DNA from: Trichosphaerium sp. ATCC 40318
Lineage: Eukaryota > Protista > Tubulinea
Direction: 5' to 3'
NCBI GenBank assembly: GCA_038496445.1
Contig: JALMLS010000321.1
Location: 62,001 to 126,000 of the forward strand
DNA: 64,000 nucleotides
Part shown: in pieces, positions 12,801-25,789 of the stretch
How the letters are laid out: each line of letters opens with the position of its first letter
How positions within the stretch are numbered: the first letter of the stretch is position 1
The notes under the pieces: generated by a model
Database searches by the model: none
What the model saw: only the letters and a program-made list of their open reading frames with translations
What the model was told of the DNA's origin: nothing
Program-made: the position numbers and the translations under genes

Positions 12801-13530
12801 TAGTTTATTTAAATGAAGAAGAAAAAAAAGATCAGCATAAAAATTGTGTTAAAAGAAGACTTTGGTAAAGCCATACGTGTACGAAAAGAAGAAATCCTTT
12901 GATCTAAGAAGACGTAATAGTTCTCTGAGGTATGTATTTTCTTGTTTTTGCTATAAAAGGATCAGTTTGTTTGAAGTAAGACAAGCAAACATAAAAAAAA
13001 CTGATAACCAACATCAAAAAAAAAAATAAATCATGTGACAGATACCTGCTTTTCCGGTAGTTCTGACCGCGTTTGAGAGAAAGGAAAGCAACCAACGTCG
13101 TCTATCCTGTATATACAATGTCCGCTCTATTTATGGTAAGGCTGTTTAAATATGATAATGCTGAGGGAGTGTCAACAATGGAGGGTGAGTTAACAGAAGC
13201 GAAACGGTATTATTTTAGAAAGTAAAATAGTACTTAGTATGTACTACGGAGATTCTACTTTCAAGCTTGATAGCCACCGATTTCAGCGTATATTACGTAC
13301 CAATAGTCCTACTAGTGATTTTTCTGTGATAACAATTACAAAAGCGCTCGATTCAAGTCTGAATACGCCCAATATACCATAGACAAGGTGGCTAGCCGAC
13401 TTGGAGATTTCGGCTTCAATTCTTGTACTTGGGACTAATAAAAAATGAATTAAAGGACTTTAGCGCTACCACACACCTGAGACGTCTAATTTTTGCTGCT
13501 TTCTATCAATTATGACTGCTTTGTGCTCCT
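9894..13530 (-). CDS. Sac-domain phosphoinositide phosphatase with C-terminal hSac2-like domain (Sac2/INPP5F-like)
   Basis: [56 protein letters not shown], catalytic [32 protein letters not shown]-terminal [10 protein letters not shown]. Start codon uncertain. Confidence 0.92.
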
Positions 13531-14042
13531 CAATTAGAGTAGAGTCCGATTTAAATACATAATAATCGTTTGGTTTGTACACTCGAATAGAGGAGTATAC
13601 AGGTAAGTACGTTTGCATCTTTGAGGCGCTTTAATGCAAATTATCAGACGTTTAGGTGTCACAACATTAAACGGTGTAGTTGCTGTAAAAAGGTAGCTGT
13701 ATGAGCTATGTGTGACTCGCTTGTAAAATACGCGATTGCGAGGATTTTTATCTGTCAATGCGAGGTCAATGAGCCACCTTCTTGCTGTTTTATCATAAAC
13801 AAGCGGTGTCAGAGCCATTTACTGTACAGGCACAAAGTACATTGTGTAATTTGTCTGTACCACCTTAATGGTTAGTCTATAGTCATCGCAGTAGCGTAAG
13901 TAGTCGGTTTTATGACTTCTAACCATTGTTCATGGTGTAATTGTTTTAATTGCTTTTGCTAACAGCCATGCACTTAGGAGACGATCCACAAACTATCACA
14001 GATCCTATCAAGCCGCCTATACGCGAAAACCGATAAGCAGAC

Positions 14043-15810
14043 ATGAGGGCTAAGTAAGAAGCACTTTACCGTATAAATCTATCTAATTGCAAGGTACTGG
14101 AGAGCTTATTCGGCGGATCTAAAGGAAACTGGAACAACAAAACACTCTGGGAGCAAGCATGTGAATGATTCAGTTGAGGTTCGCCGTTCAAGTTTACATC
14201 CGTATGGTAAAGGAAAGCGACAAGGGTACGCACAAAGGGAAAATCTAGGTTACTCCAATCCCATTGAGGTATCGGTAACACTGTATAGGGAGCACAAAGG
14301 CGCTGACAATAGCACTAAACTGTTCAAGCACGTGTTGGTCAGAAACTATTTTATTAATAAACTTTTCAGGCGTGCTCCTTCGTCATATTGGAGCAACGTC
14401 GCGAACCAAAGATCTCTACTTGAGAATGTAGCAAAGAGATTTGGTATTAAAGTATTAGAGGATTGGTACAATATGACCAAAGAAGATATAGGCGAGCATG
14501 GATCACAGTACATCGTGTAAACTAGTTTTCACTTTTAGTCTCGAGGATTGATGTATTAACACTACTACAGGAGGTTACACAATAGCTCTGTATATGCGCT
14601 TTTGCTATATGTTTATCCTAACTATGCGTGGGAGCCTTGGAGATTTGTGTAAGCCTTTACAATATAAGCCTCTCAGTAATAGATTCATAGTTTAACACCA
14701 CATAATTTTTGGAGTGACATGACTGTACAACAGACGAGAATGAATGCCATTGGCGAACAATTGAATATTAAACATCTAGATGAATGGTATAATATAAGCT
14801 TAAAGACAATGATGAAAATAGAAGATTCTAAAGGGCTTATGTACGCTCTCTTTGACAATTCTTTTGATAAGTGATGACACTCATTATAGCAGTTTCTACG
14901 GAGGCTCTTTGTCCAAGACATTACAAACATTGTACCCAAAACACGAGTGGATGTTATCCGAATTCAAGTAAGTGCAAAAAATCACGTGATCTTCACGTGT
15001 CAATGTGTAATGGGACTTATTTGTTATAGGGCCAAACCACAATATTTCTGGAAAGACATTAAACATCAACGTTCAAAGTTTGATGAAGTCGGAGATAAAC
15101 TTAATTTAAAAGATTTGAGTGATTGGTATAATGTCAAATACATCACATTGCTAACAATGGGCTGTGGTAGTATCCTTACGTACGCACTAACATTTAAAAA
15201 AAAACAATGCAATGACAGAACAGACGTGAAATTTAAGTCAGAACAACACTTTTTTTGATGATCTTATCAATATGTTGAACTGACGATACTATTTAGTAAT
15301 AATTACTCAAGTACGCTTTCTAATTGCTTAGCTCATTTGTATCCTGATTATCCATGGGAAATTATTAAGTTCAAGTAAGGAACAACAATCTTTTTTTTGA
15401 CATCTTGCTAATTCCAAAATAAAAAAAAAGAAAAACACAAAAGTGTTGGCGTGAACCGATCCACCAAAAGGAGTTTTTAAGTCATATTAGTAATATATTA
15501 GCTATAGATAAACCAGAATCTTGGTGAGTATTTTATTGGATAAAAAGCAGTTACTGACTTGGTGTAGGTATCTTGTTTCAAATGATCAGATTAAGAAATT
15601 TGGTGGAGCAGGTTTACTCAAATACTGGCCTCACACATTGGCTCTATTTAACACAGAGTTTCCATGGGAATGGCATAGATTTAGGGGAACAAACAAGGCT
15701 ACTCAGATGTACTATTAATTGCTGTACGAATGAGAGAATGTAACTTTTGTTATTTTAGGTATTTGGATCGCCAAATCAAATCCCTCTTCAAACGATTACA
15801 CGCTGCTTGA
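14043..15810 (+). CDS. Trp-rich ~70-aa tandem repeat protein (paralog of 1661-3353) lacking the nuclease domain
   Basis: About 4 repeats (YWSNVANQRSLL..AKRFGIKVLEDWY; FWKDIKHQRSKFDEVGDKLNLKDLSDWY; FGGAGLLKYW..WEWHRF). Stops shortly after the KATQM motif where the paralog continues into the nuclease. Confidence 0.75.
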
Positions 15811-16446
15811 AACCAAGAAAGTCTTTTAATACTTTGTAAATAAACAAGGCTTGCTTAACAATGCGATCTATGTACGATTAGAAGGTTCCACCTCACCCCG
15901 ACAGCGAGTGTTAATACACTTTTGGCAATTGGTTTTAAGATGGGTTACAATCAATGGATTTCCATGAATCTAGAATTCACCAATTCCGAGTTTTCTGAAC
16001 TTTGTTAAGCGTTACTCAATTGCACCTAGCTCTTTGGCGCTCTCTTGCAATTCAAGCAGGCGACTTAGCACTTCTAGGAGAATAATACCTGAACGACAGC
16101 TTAGTTCTATTGCTTATCTTATACATTATGTTGTATAGAAAAGTTGTGCGAATATCACTTGACAGACACTCTAAAAAGCTACAATCGGATAGTGTTGCAC
16201 TTAATACACCTTGATCTCCTTCACTTGCCACAAAAAAATGTTAGGTTTTATGCGATCATACACTTCGCTACTATTTGAAAGCAAACGTATTGATACAGGC
16301 GATCGGTTGTTAAAGATAAATATAAGACAATAACTAGTACTGTTATCAACCCACTTACATACATTGTTTTATAAGTGTATCAGGTACATAGTAGTGAGAG
16401 TACCTTTGACATCTTGCATCAAGGTATCTTCCGTATGAATGGCTGT

Positions 16447-16562
16447 ACAGCTGTGTATGTTCTGTTGTGGAACAGGCGTCGTAATTTGTCACCATCACCT
16501 CCTCACCATAGCTCAGTTGGTAGAGCGGGAGACTGTAGATCTCTAGGTCACTGGTTCAAATC
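16447..16562 (+). pseudogene. Truncated tRNA-Tyr copy with ~55 bp of upstream flank
   Basis: Near-identical to 8184-8302; the tRNA part (16502-16562) stops at GGTTCAAATC. Confidence 0.9.
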
Positions 16563-16721
16563 AACAAAATAAAAATCTTGGCTTACCTTTAGAGTGGTAA
16601 CACGCAACAAAGAGTGGACCTAGGATGTTGTCTTGTGATGTACACATCCATCTGCTTGCCAATCTCGAATTGACTTAAATGGCAGTCAAGCGAATGTTTT
16701 GGGTGTAGCTTGGCTTGACGT

Positions 16722-17911
16722 ATGGACGAGTACGATAAGTTGGTGCGAAAAGCGCAGAAATATGTAAACGCTGCTGGATCTGCCGTTATTAAGCAAACAG
16801 ATGCCGTCAAAAAGTTTTTTGCCGATAACGAAGATTATTGTACAGTATTGAAATACGTACGCCTAGATATACTATTTGAAAGGTATTTTACAATTGCTTA
16901 CACCTAAACAGTGTATTCCTGCCGCATGTCTCGGTGTAGCCATCCTAGGTGGCTTAATGATCAGAAGAGGGCTTGTACGTTACACTTCAGCGGATCTTAT
17001 CCCAGAACGCCTTATCAAGCGCAATAAATACTTACGGGGATACGTAACTCATGTTACAGACGGCACGCACTATTTGTAACGTAGATACTAGCCTTTTATA
17101 AAAACAACCTTTGACATCATCCTACATGGCTGGAATAGTTGTATTCCAGCGTCATTACGTTGAACTCACTAATATAACTCTAGGTGACACTTTCTTCTTT
17201 TACCACATGGTACGTTGATGTAAATCTCAAAACGCTTACTTCTCTTGAAGCCACTGCTCCGCAGGATCACTCCTTTTAGTCGTGTCAAGAGAATATCACC
17301 AGATGAGACTATAAGGGTTCGTGTATCGGGTGTAGATGCCCCTGAGATTGCTCATGGACCTGGTAAAGAAGGACAAGCTTTTGGTGAGATTGCAAAAGGT
17401 TTTTTGAAGAAAAGGATAGAACATAAAATGGTTACAATACAGCTCTTTCAAAGAGATCAATACTCAAGAGTTGTATGTAATACTTGGTATAAAAAGTGGT
17501 TTTTCTACAATGTCAATGCATCAAAGGAATTATTGAATGCAGGTATGGCAAGTATGTATGCAGGACGTTCTCCTCTTCCTGCAACAACTACAAAACGCCT
17601 TTTGGCACTAGAAGAGTACGTAATAATTCTTTACACTCAGTGGTTATCCTCCCTTACCACTGCTATGAGACTGTAGCTAGTGAAGTGACTGAGGCGGCAA
17701 AGTTGCTTTTTCGTTCAATTTTTTTTGACAAAAATGTGTCAGTTGTTCTTCTTGGGAAAACGATCTAATGTTGTTTTGTTTAGGAGAGCTAAAGCTTCAA
17801 AGATTGGTATTTGGAGCCAAGAGAATTATATCAGTCCTACGGCATATAAGCACAAGTACAACTTATATTTTTTCTTTCTTATCACTGAATTGTTATTTTT
17901 CAAGGAAATAA
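16722..17911 (+). CDS. LCL3: Staphylococcal nuclease-family (LCL3-like) endonuclease with N-terminal TM segment
   Basis: LRGYVTHVTD|GDTFFFYH, TIRVRVSGVDAPE, QAFGEIAK, RDQYSRVV, AKASKIGIWS. Confidence 0.88.
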
Positions 17912-18206
17912 GAAGCGAGTGCACAAGAGTTTTTTTCAACAAAATGCAAGAATTTAGAATAAATATTTAATTACCCCTACTTAGTTGGTAGTCACATGGA
18001 TTTTGTAGCCGACACTTCAAGTGACTGTAACACAGTCGTATTCGGCTATTCTATAAGTAGCAAGTTTCAAGACAAAAAGCAAAGTGCGTTTGAGGTTATA
18101 CAATCATTTGATGAAATGACATGTTGTCAAGTCATTGTTCGAATAAGTTAAGTTGTAAAATTACACTAGCCACACAATAGGACCTCGTTGGTTCCTAATA
18201 GCAAGA

Positions 18207-19023
18207 ATGACCACACGCAAATCTCGTAGGCATAGAATAGACATAGCTGACATTAATGACTCTCCATACGTTGATACTCCACACGTTGATACTCCAAGGC
18301 GAAAAAAAGTGGTAAAAAAAGAACCAGAACCTGAAGGAACTCTTTTTGGTGAGTTAACTTTGTAGAATTGTTTATATTCATCAATATAGCTGTAAACGCA
18401 TAACCTTGCGTTGGCTATTATTGTAGATACACTTGTACAGCTTTTTATTGATTAACTATAAAAGGCGACATCAGACGCACAGGAAAGACGTTACGCAATC
18501 AAGTACCGCTCCTGGTCGTTATTTTGACCTTTATCGTATTTTATTTGATAAACCATCTCGTTCAAAAGCCACTCCTACGTGGTCTAGGTACGTTCTACGC
18601 AGCCACAACTGCTTTAAACCAAAACCAAATATGTTGTTATTCGCTAATCAAATCCCAAAAAACCCGAAAAAACAGAAAATCTATCACAAACACCACTTCA
18701 GTGATATTTAAAACCTTTTTGAGCGTATAGTACTGTTACATGATCTTTGACGTTTTTTTGTTATTTTAGGCATATTCGCGCTATGTAACGTTCTATTCAT
18801 CAGTGGCCTTTGGAGAAGCTTCTTAAAAGTACCAGAGGCAATATACAACTTAATACAAAGCTTCCCAAAAGACATTTTATTTACGTTATTCTCGACAATT
18901 GCTGCTTTTGCACAGAAGATTGCAGTTCTATTGCATAATAATTGGAAGATTCCTGCAGCTATATTCTTCTTTGTCAATGTGATTGTAGTAGTATTAGTAA
19001 TTGCTTATGGCATAGCAGATTGA
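18207..19023 (+). CDS. Small multi-pass membrane protein, unknown function
   Basis: Three exons join in frame; basic N-terminus then several hydrophobic segments. Confidence 0.6.
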
Positions 19024-19792
19024 AAAAAGAATTGTGAAAAAAAAAACCATAAAAATGTTGACGTCTGTCATTTGTACTTCGAACTTTTTTTTTTTAATTA
19101 CTACTCACAAAGTACAGCGTATGTCTTTGGAGATAAAGTACACCGCCCAACAGATAAAAAAGCTATTGCATGTGGGTAATAAAAGCAACGAAAAAGTTAA
19201 GGATGCTCATAGGATACAGCTGCAGTATGAACTTCAGTACTAAAACGAGAGTGAATAATTTCATCTCGGCATTGCGTTACCAAAATATACAAGAAATACA
19301 CAATGGGTAGACCGGTTGACGTAGTTTCATCACTTTTCTCCTACAACACAAATAGCTTTCTTAATTCTGTTGGCTTTTTACAGATTTTCACACCATATCC
19401 ACCAATGACTTACAATGCGAGCGAAGGTATGGTTCTTGTCCCAAACGAAACAAAATGACGGACCGCGCCCAGCCAACAAAGCCCTTTACTCACTGCGTTC
19501 GTTGTCCCACTCGTATACCTTAGGTGAGGCAAACAGAATGGATGTTTTTCTTCTTTCCTAATCGTAGAACTAGTTCCTAAACCAGCTACGTATGTAGCCG
19601 GTTTCCGTAAACATTAGCACAAGACCAGTGATTAATTGAGAACAGACAACATTGTGGTTGTCAATTTCTTTGATTCCAAAACCAGAAATTATCACATGAA
19701 TAATGTAACACAACTTCTCGAAGTACACTTAACCAAATTTGAACAAGACACGTATTTTTAGTAACATATTGTCTTCCTCAAAGCCATTCACA

Positions 19793-21324
19793 ATGATTAA
19801 AGCACTTCTATGTCTATTTACTCTACTTTCCGTTGCTCTAGCCTTTGGTACGTAGTACAGAATACCCATAGAACATATTTAAGTTTAAAACGAAGAAAAA
19901 ACAGCCTCAACAAGCTCAAACACTTTGTGATTAACAAATGTCGCATATTAAATAACAAAACCCTGTTTTCTATAAATCTATCTTTTTTATCGAGTTGACA
20001 AGAATCGTATTTCGGGTTTTGAGTTTGTGTGGCACAAAAAAATATATATAATGTCGGAATATGGTTTTCAATAAACATTTTCAAACAATATATTTTTCTG
20101 TGCCACACAAACCTCACATGCCTTTTAAGGACCCAATAGCCTCTTTTTCGTTTGTACAAAACCATATTTTACCAAAGCACTTTTCCTTTCACAATTGCAT
20201 TACACGTCAACCACACGCCTACCTCATTTTATGAGGTTGAAATATTTGAGAAAAAAAAACTAACATCCCGAACAGGCGAAGGTGATGGAGGAAATTGTAC
20301 CCTAATTTTTGGGTCACGTAATCTATTAGACAGTTCTGCACAACCGAATAACCCTGACTTCATTATTTCTAATACAGCAGTTGAGTATTTTGCATTAGCA
20401 TTCACTTCAGAAGCGAGAGTCACATTTGATTTTAACGATAATTCCTTTTTGTTCAGCCTTGGTGTTGACGGCACCACTGCTTTCCCACCTCTCGGAGTGG
20501 AATGTTTTATGGATGATCCAGTTATAGCAGGTACTACAGCCTTTCTTAATAGCTTGTTTGCTTTGAGTTTTGACCTACACAAACAAAACTGTTGTTCATT
20601 TAATTTTTTAGCTTCACATCAACACCTTGTTGATTAAAAGTACCTTTTTCTGACCTTTTCTTAGGGTTTTCGTTACTCTCCTCAAACTTTACTACTGCCC
20701 CTACGCCACTCAATTTCGATTCCAATTCATTCAGGTACGTTTAATTAGCCTTGAGCTCTCGTGTATATTCTTTTAAACTCGTACTGATGGTTTTGTAGTT
20801 TCACTTTTCCACAACAACAGCTAGGGTCGGGACAAGTTGGCATTATGATATTTACAGTTGATAGTCCACCAACAACAGCGGCTCCAACTCTACCACCAAC
20901 AACGCCTCCCCCAGTTGTACCAACAACACTACCACCAACGACACTACCTCCAACGACACTGCCTCCAACAACACTACCTCCAACAACACTCTCACCAACG
21001 ACACTACCTCCAACAACTCTACCACCAACAACTCTACCTCCAACGACACTGCCTCCCACAACACTATCGCCAACAACACTCTCACCAACGACAATACCAC
21101 CAGCAAGTCCGCCTACAACTCTACCTCCAACAACTTCTGCTCCAACAGCATCAACGTCAGTAACAGAACCACCTACAACTGTAGCCCCATCTCAATCTAT
21201 TCCAACCACAGAAGCACCAACAACAACAGCACCTACAACTGCGGCACCTACTTCTTCTTCAAAACAACTGAATTTTGTCAGTCTTGTTTTAGTCGTTTTT
21301 TCTTGTATTGCTTGGTTGTTTTGA
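19793..21324 (+). CDS. Secreted/GPI-anchored mucin-like surface glycoprotein
   Basis: Exon 1 signal peptide MIKALLCLFTLLSVALAF, globular exons (20276-20531, 20665-20734), Pro/Thr stalk and hydrophobic C-terminal tail. Confidence 0.85.
20884..21135 (+). repeat. 15-bp coding tandem repeat encoding (PPTTL)n
   Basis: Repeated CCAACAACACTACCT-like units. Confidence 0.9.
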
Positions 21325-21637
21325 GTTTTAATAGGCTGTAATACACCTATGTCTATTGACACAATAAAATAAACAATTTTTTCAGAATCACTTCGAAATC
21401 TATTTTTTCAAAACGATTTTCATTTTTTAAGCAGTGCCCGACTAGTGACTTATTTGGCCGTAAATTTCTAAATAACCAATAAACAAGGGCAAGTATGTTG
21501 TCTTTTTAAAGATTAGATGCTTTGACATTGCTGTAGTTACTACACGTTAAACAACATACGATTTACAAACAGAAAGTAATGATGTTAATGTTGTTTTTTT
21601 ATTTGATAAACAAGTTACTTATTACATGCCTGCCTCT

Positions 21638-24600
21638 TCACCGTGTTGGTGGAGCTTTTCCAAACAATTTATACCTTGATCTTGGATCCAATGCAAAGTT
21701 ATTATAATTCTCCTTTAACCCTTCAGGTAGCAAGTTACGTAACCTAGAAACCCAAAACTTCAAGTTTTTACTCTACAAAAACACAAGTTAAAAAAAAGAA
21801 ACAGGCTTGTAATCACGTACAATCTTTGCTGGAGGAACTCCTTTAGACGCTCTTACTATTGCAAATGCTGTATCCAATACACCATGAAGCGCTCTATTGA
21901 CACCTGTGCCATCGGGCCAGAAAGGTGGTATTACTGCATCACCAACAGTGAAGGCATGAAGCTGTTAAAAAATTATAAGTACAAAACAACCTTCTGAGAA
22001 ACAATAGCAAGACTAGTACCTTTGCACCTGATTTTTCTGAGAATACATATGGTGAAGGTGTATACGTATTTACTGAGAAATCGAATATAGCTACATCATT
22101 TTTTTCACCGTCTCTGGACATAACTTGTGCGAACTTTGTTCCTTTTGGAATACCCTAAAAAAAGAACTTAAGTAATTTCGAACTTAAACTACCAAACCAA
22201 CGGCTCAGCAAGACCCTTTTAGAATCTAGTAATAGAAGTATTTTGAACGTACAATACACTCAGCTACATCTTTAACATACTTTTCAAGGGCATTTTTATC
22301 TACATTCTCAGCACCAAGAAGCTTTTGAGGATTTGCAATCTTTTTTTTTAAAATCCCTTTTTTGAATAAACCCTTCTTATTACTATTCTTTATAGCCATT
22401 ACTAAATAATGCGTATGTAACCTGTAATATACAAGTACTTCCAAGTCAGCACCGCGTTTACGCATCTCTAAATAAAAATCACATGGTAAGAAAAGTAAAC
22501 CAAACACGTGACAATTTTTCATCGAAAAAATGAGAAAAAAAACTATCACTTACTAGCAAACAAGTCTGGGCTAGCATATGCCCATAATCCACCAAGTTCT
22601 TCGACATCAGCTTCCGCTTTATTCTTGGTATCAAACTGAAAGTTTGCAGTGATACCAATCATTGCTCCTCTGCCTCCAAAACGTATCTTGCTTGTCTTCA
22701 TTTCAAAAGTTTCTGAAACCTTACTGTTCACGCCATCAGCGCCTACAATAACATCGTAGTATAGCCTTTTCCCTTCCAACATTGTGTAATACATAGTGCG
22801 TTTGAACTCTTCACTTCTTTCTACTTGTGGTGAAGCATTAAACTCGCGACCAAATACGCAATTAACACCCAAAACAAGGCATATTTTTAGTAAACCGAGC
22901 TGTAACTCTAAACTCGTGAGTTAGCACGTGTTAACACTACTGATATCTATTCAATGAGAATCTTACCCTTAATGTGAATGTACTGTCTGTTAAGGCTTCC
23001 TAAAGTAGGTACAAAAGGACGAACACCAATACTCGCAAGGTCTCTAAAAGTAAAATTAGATTTGACTCAAAATAAAAGAACAACCTTATACTTGCAGCCC
23101 ATACATGGACCAAGTTATTACGTTGAAAGCTCTTACGCTTCTCAACAATAGTAACATGAGCGCCAAGTAATTGTAGCTCAATAGCAAGTCTGAGTCCAGA
23201 AGGACCTGCACCAACAATAACAACACGTGTTTTAGATAAAGGTGCTACTTTATACTCCGGTCGACTACGTCGCTTCTTAATCATGTTCCAGAACCAAATC
23301 TTGTATCTCTGGCTACCAAGAGGCCTTTTTTGATAGCAATGTAAGTAAGGTATTACAGGAATCAACACTAAAGCAAAGGTACCGTTGATGAACATCAGCT
23401 TCTTTGCCAACAAAAGCTAGCAGTTTACCATACAACTCAACAGCTTCCTGATACAAATGTTTAGGATAGAGCACTAGTATACTTAACAGCATACCCTGCA
23501 TCCAGATGCTTGTGCGAATGAATCAAATGCTTTATCTGCTGCAGGAAGGTTTACAGATTTAACTCTGACAATAGACTTTAAAGAACAAAAGTCAGGTTGT
23601 GACAAAGTTCGAATCAACTTAAAAAAAAAAAAGTTCTTACTTGTCTTAAATCAAACATCGACTCTTTTAGCCTATTAATGCGTCTACGTCTACGCTCTGC
23701 AAGCATGTTCCTCGAAGATGGTTTTACTTCTGTACCATTTCTAGCAGGGCTAGCAGTGCGTTTGTTTGGTTCAATCACGCTAACTTTCTTTGCAGCAAAA
23801 GCAACCTTTCTTTCTCCAACTTGAACAGGGCTACTTTGTTTCTGTTCTATCCTCTAGTTTAGAATTATGAGCGTCTATAGGTGTACTAATACTAGTATAT
23901 ATGCGGCTAAGACTTACGTCATAACTTCTAGCTTTAATAACTTGATCTGTTACTTTAGTAACAGGTTTAGGTGAAGAAGGTTCAGCTGCACTGAAACTTG
24001 TACTTTTTGTTAATTCATTAGAAGTATCAGCAGTCTTCTCCTTTAATATCTCTTTAAGCTTCCCAATATAAACTGTAGGGAGTTTATAAAAGTACTCGAG
24101 TTCTAACCAATTTTCTCTAGCACACTCTTCTAGTACTTCTTCAATCTCGTGCAAAGCAAAACCTAGAAAAAAAAACTTAGAGAAGATATGTTATTTTTTA
24201 GCTACCTTCGTCCTTTAAGTCCACCAATAGAATCAATGATAATATACGTGTAGGATGAAGTGTAATATCTTCATATACTTGTATTATATCTTCCAAGGAC
24301 TTTTGAGTTTGCTTTCGGAAATGTCTACGAGCTAAAAACTTGATGTACCTAAAAGTTTCTGTTGGAAACAGTTTGGCTATTTTTGAAACAATGGTTGCGT
24401 ACTTGATATCTAAGTCAGGGAGCAGTGCTTGTAATAATGTAATATACTCTGACTGATCAATATTTCCGCTATTATTAACATCATGCTTCTTAAACTGAGT
24501 TATCAGTCGTTTCACATCATCTTCATCAATATCTACAAAAAATTATTTGACAAGAAAAAAAAACCAACCAAAATACTTACGATAACGTATGGACAACTCT

Positions 24601-25520
24601 AACGTTAGAGAGCTCTCTGTGCGACTTTGTTGTCTCTGGTGTACTTTTTTATGATAACTAGCGAGATTTTTCTTTGTAGCCTCTGACACATCTGATACGA
24701 AAAGTGTCAAAACATGTGCAATATTAAAAAACTAAGAATAGTACTTAGAGACCCTTGTTGGGCACTAACAAGCCTTCTAGCAGGTCTCCTTCGTATAGTA
24801 AGATTTCTAGCTCCCCTAGGACTTGATGGACACTGCGCGCCTGCATTAGCACTTGGTTGAGGCCTATTAGATGGTAGACAAGTAAGTAAGTAGTGATCAA
24901 ACAAAATCCAAAAAAAAGATCGTACTCAAACGAGTCTGTTGTTCCAAACTGATAGACTATATTGAGATTCTGTGTCATAGTAACACGAGGAAGAGATACA
25001 AAGTGTGCTACATCTATATCTGAGAGATCACTGATGTACACAAGAATAGGTCTAGGCCTTATCAGATTCCGTACAACGTTAATAGTATCAATGCCAATAT
25101 CTTCAGGATCTAAGCGAGTATTTTAGCATTTCGACTTCTGATTTCCCGTTTTTGGCGTTAGTGTGTTTAAAAATACGTACTAGAAGATTGATTACGAATG
25201 CCTGACATTACCAATCGACACTTTTTGTTTAATTTGACGCTAGGGTTCGCAGTAACAAATTGAGTCGCTGCAGCGACGTCCTCCATCTCAATAACGACAG
25301 TTGACGAGCATTGGACAATGAGTTGGAGTACGTTTTTTTCGGCCGGCGTAACTGCAGCGTGTAGCCATAAAAGAAGTGACGCAGACGCGAAATCAGTCGT
25401 TTTCTCATCTCGGCGATGTATTTTTACTTTTGGACCAGCCGATTTGTCAATAGATTGCTCACTATAACCTCCCATTGCAGCAGAACCCATTTCCATCAAC
25501 TTGTTGATACTTGCGAACAT
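21638..25520 (-). CDS. MICAL-like FAD monooxygenase with N-terminal EF-hand region
   Basis: VVIVGAGPSGLRLAIELQLLGA.VTIVEKRKSFQRNNLVHVW, IHIK|ELQLGLLKICLVLGV, YDVIVGADG, AMIGITANF, YYRLHTHYLVM, DVAIFDF, GDAVIPPFWPDGTGVNR, FALDPRSRY; EF-hand DVNNSGNIDQSE. Confidence 0.88.
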
Positions 25521-25789
25521 TTAATAGCTAAAAATGTCGTTTGTTACGAACCTGCGTTCAGAATCTTTATCACAACGATTATATATGTTTATAATAAAGT
25601 TTGGCGCAAAAACTTTGCTGAACATTGATATCAACGTCTGAACTTCCGCGTCCGGAGGAGGACTACTGGCCATTATGTATTAGTGTTGAATAACAGGAGT
25701 TTAAATAGAATTAGACAAAACGTGAGAGTTGGCTTAATGCTGAAACTGCCTTATTCGCTATTTTGTCAAAGTTGCGACGGTTCACTCAA

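Noticed and set aside
12840-12935. Apparent plus-strand AG...GT exon inside the minus-strand Sac gene (second inverted exon?)
   Set aside because: The minus-strand reading already gives the conserved DFFFSY motif in frame; the plus frame has stops.
15950-16250. Possible small minus-strand gene (..EVLSRLLELQESAKELGAIE..)
   Set aside because: Could not build a coherent start-to-stop model.
8184-16562. Intact mobile element bounded by tRNA repeats
   Set aside because: The interval holds ordinary intron-rich host genes and no integrase, transposase or reverse transcriptase.
19030-19780. Unexplained intergenic stretch with a GC-richer patch
   Set aside because: No consistent ORF, splice pattern or RNA structure supportable by eye.
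20229-20582. Protein-like minus-strand ORF (MCRSKLKANK...)
   Set aside because: It is antisense to a plus-strand exon that splices cleanly into the signal-peptide mucin gene.
20884-21135. Possible CRISPR-like array
   Set aside because: Contiguous coding repeats without unique spacers; eukaryotic context.
20745-21163. GGSVV, VVLL and polyQ/H repeat ORFs
   Set aside because: Alternative frames and strands of the 15-bp PPTTL repeat.
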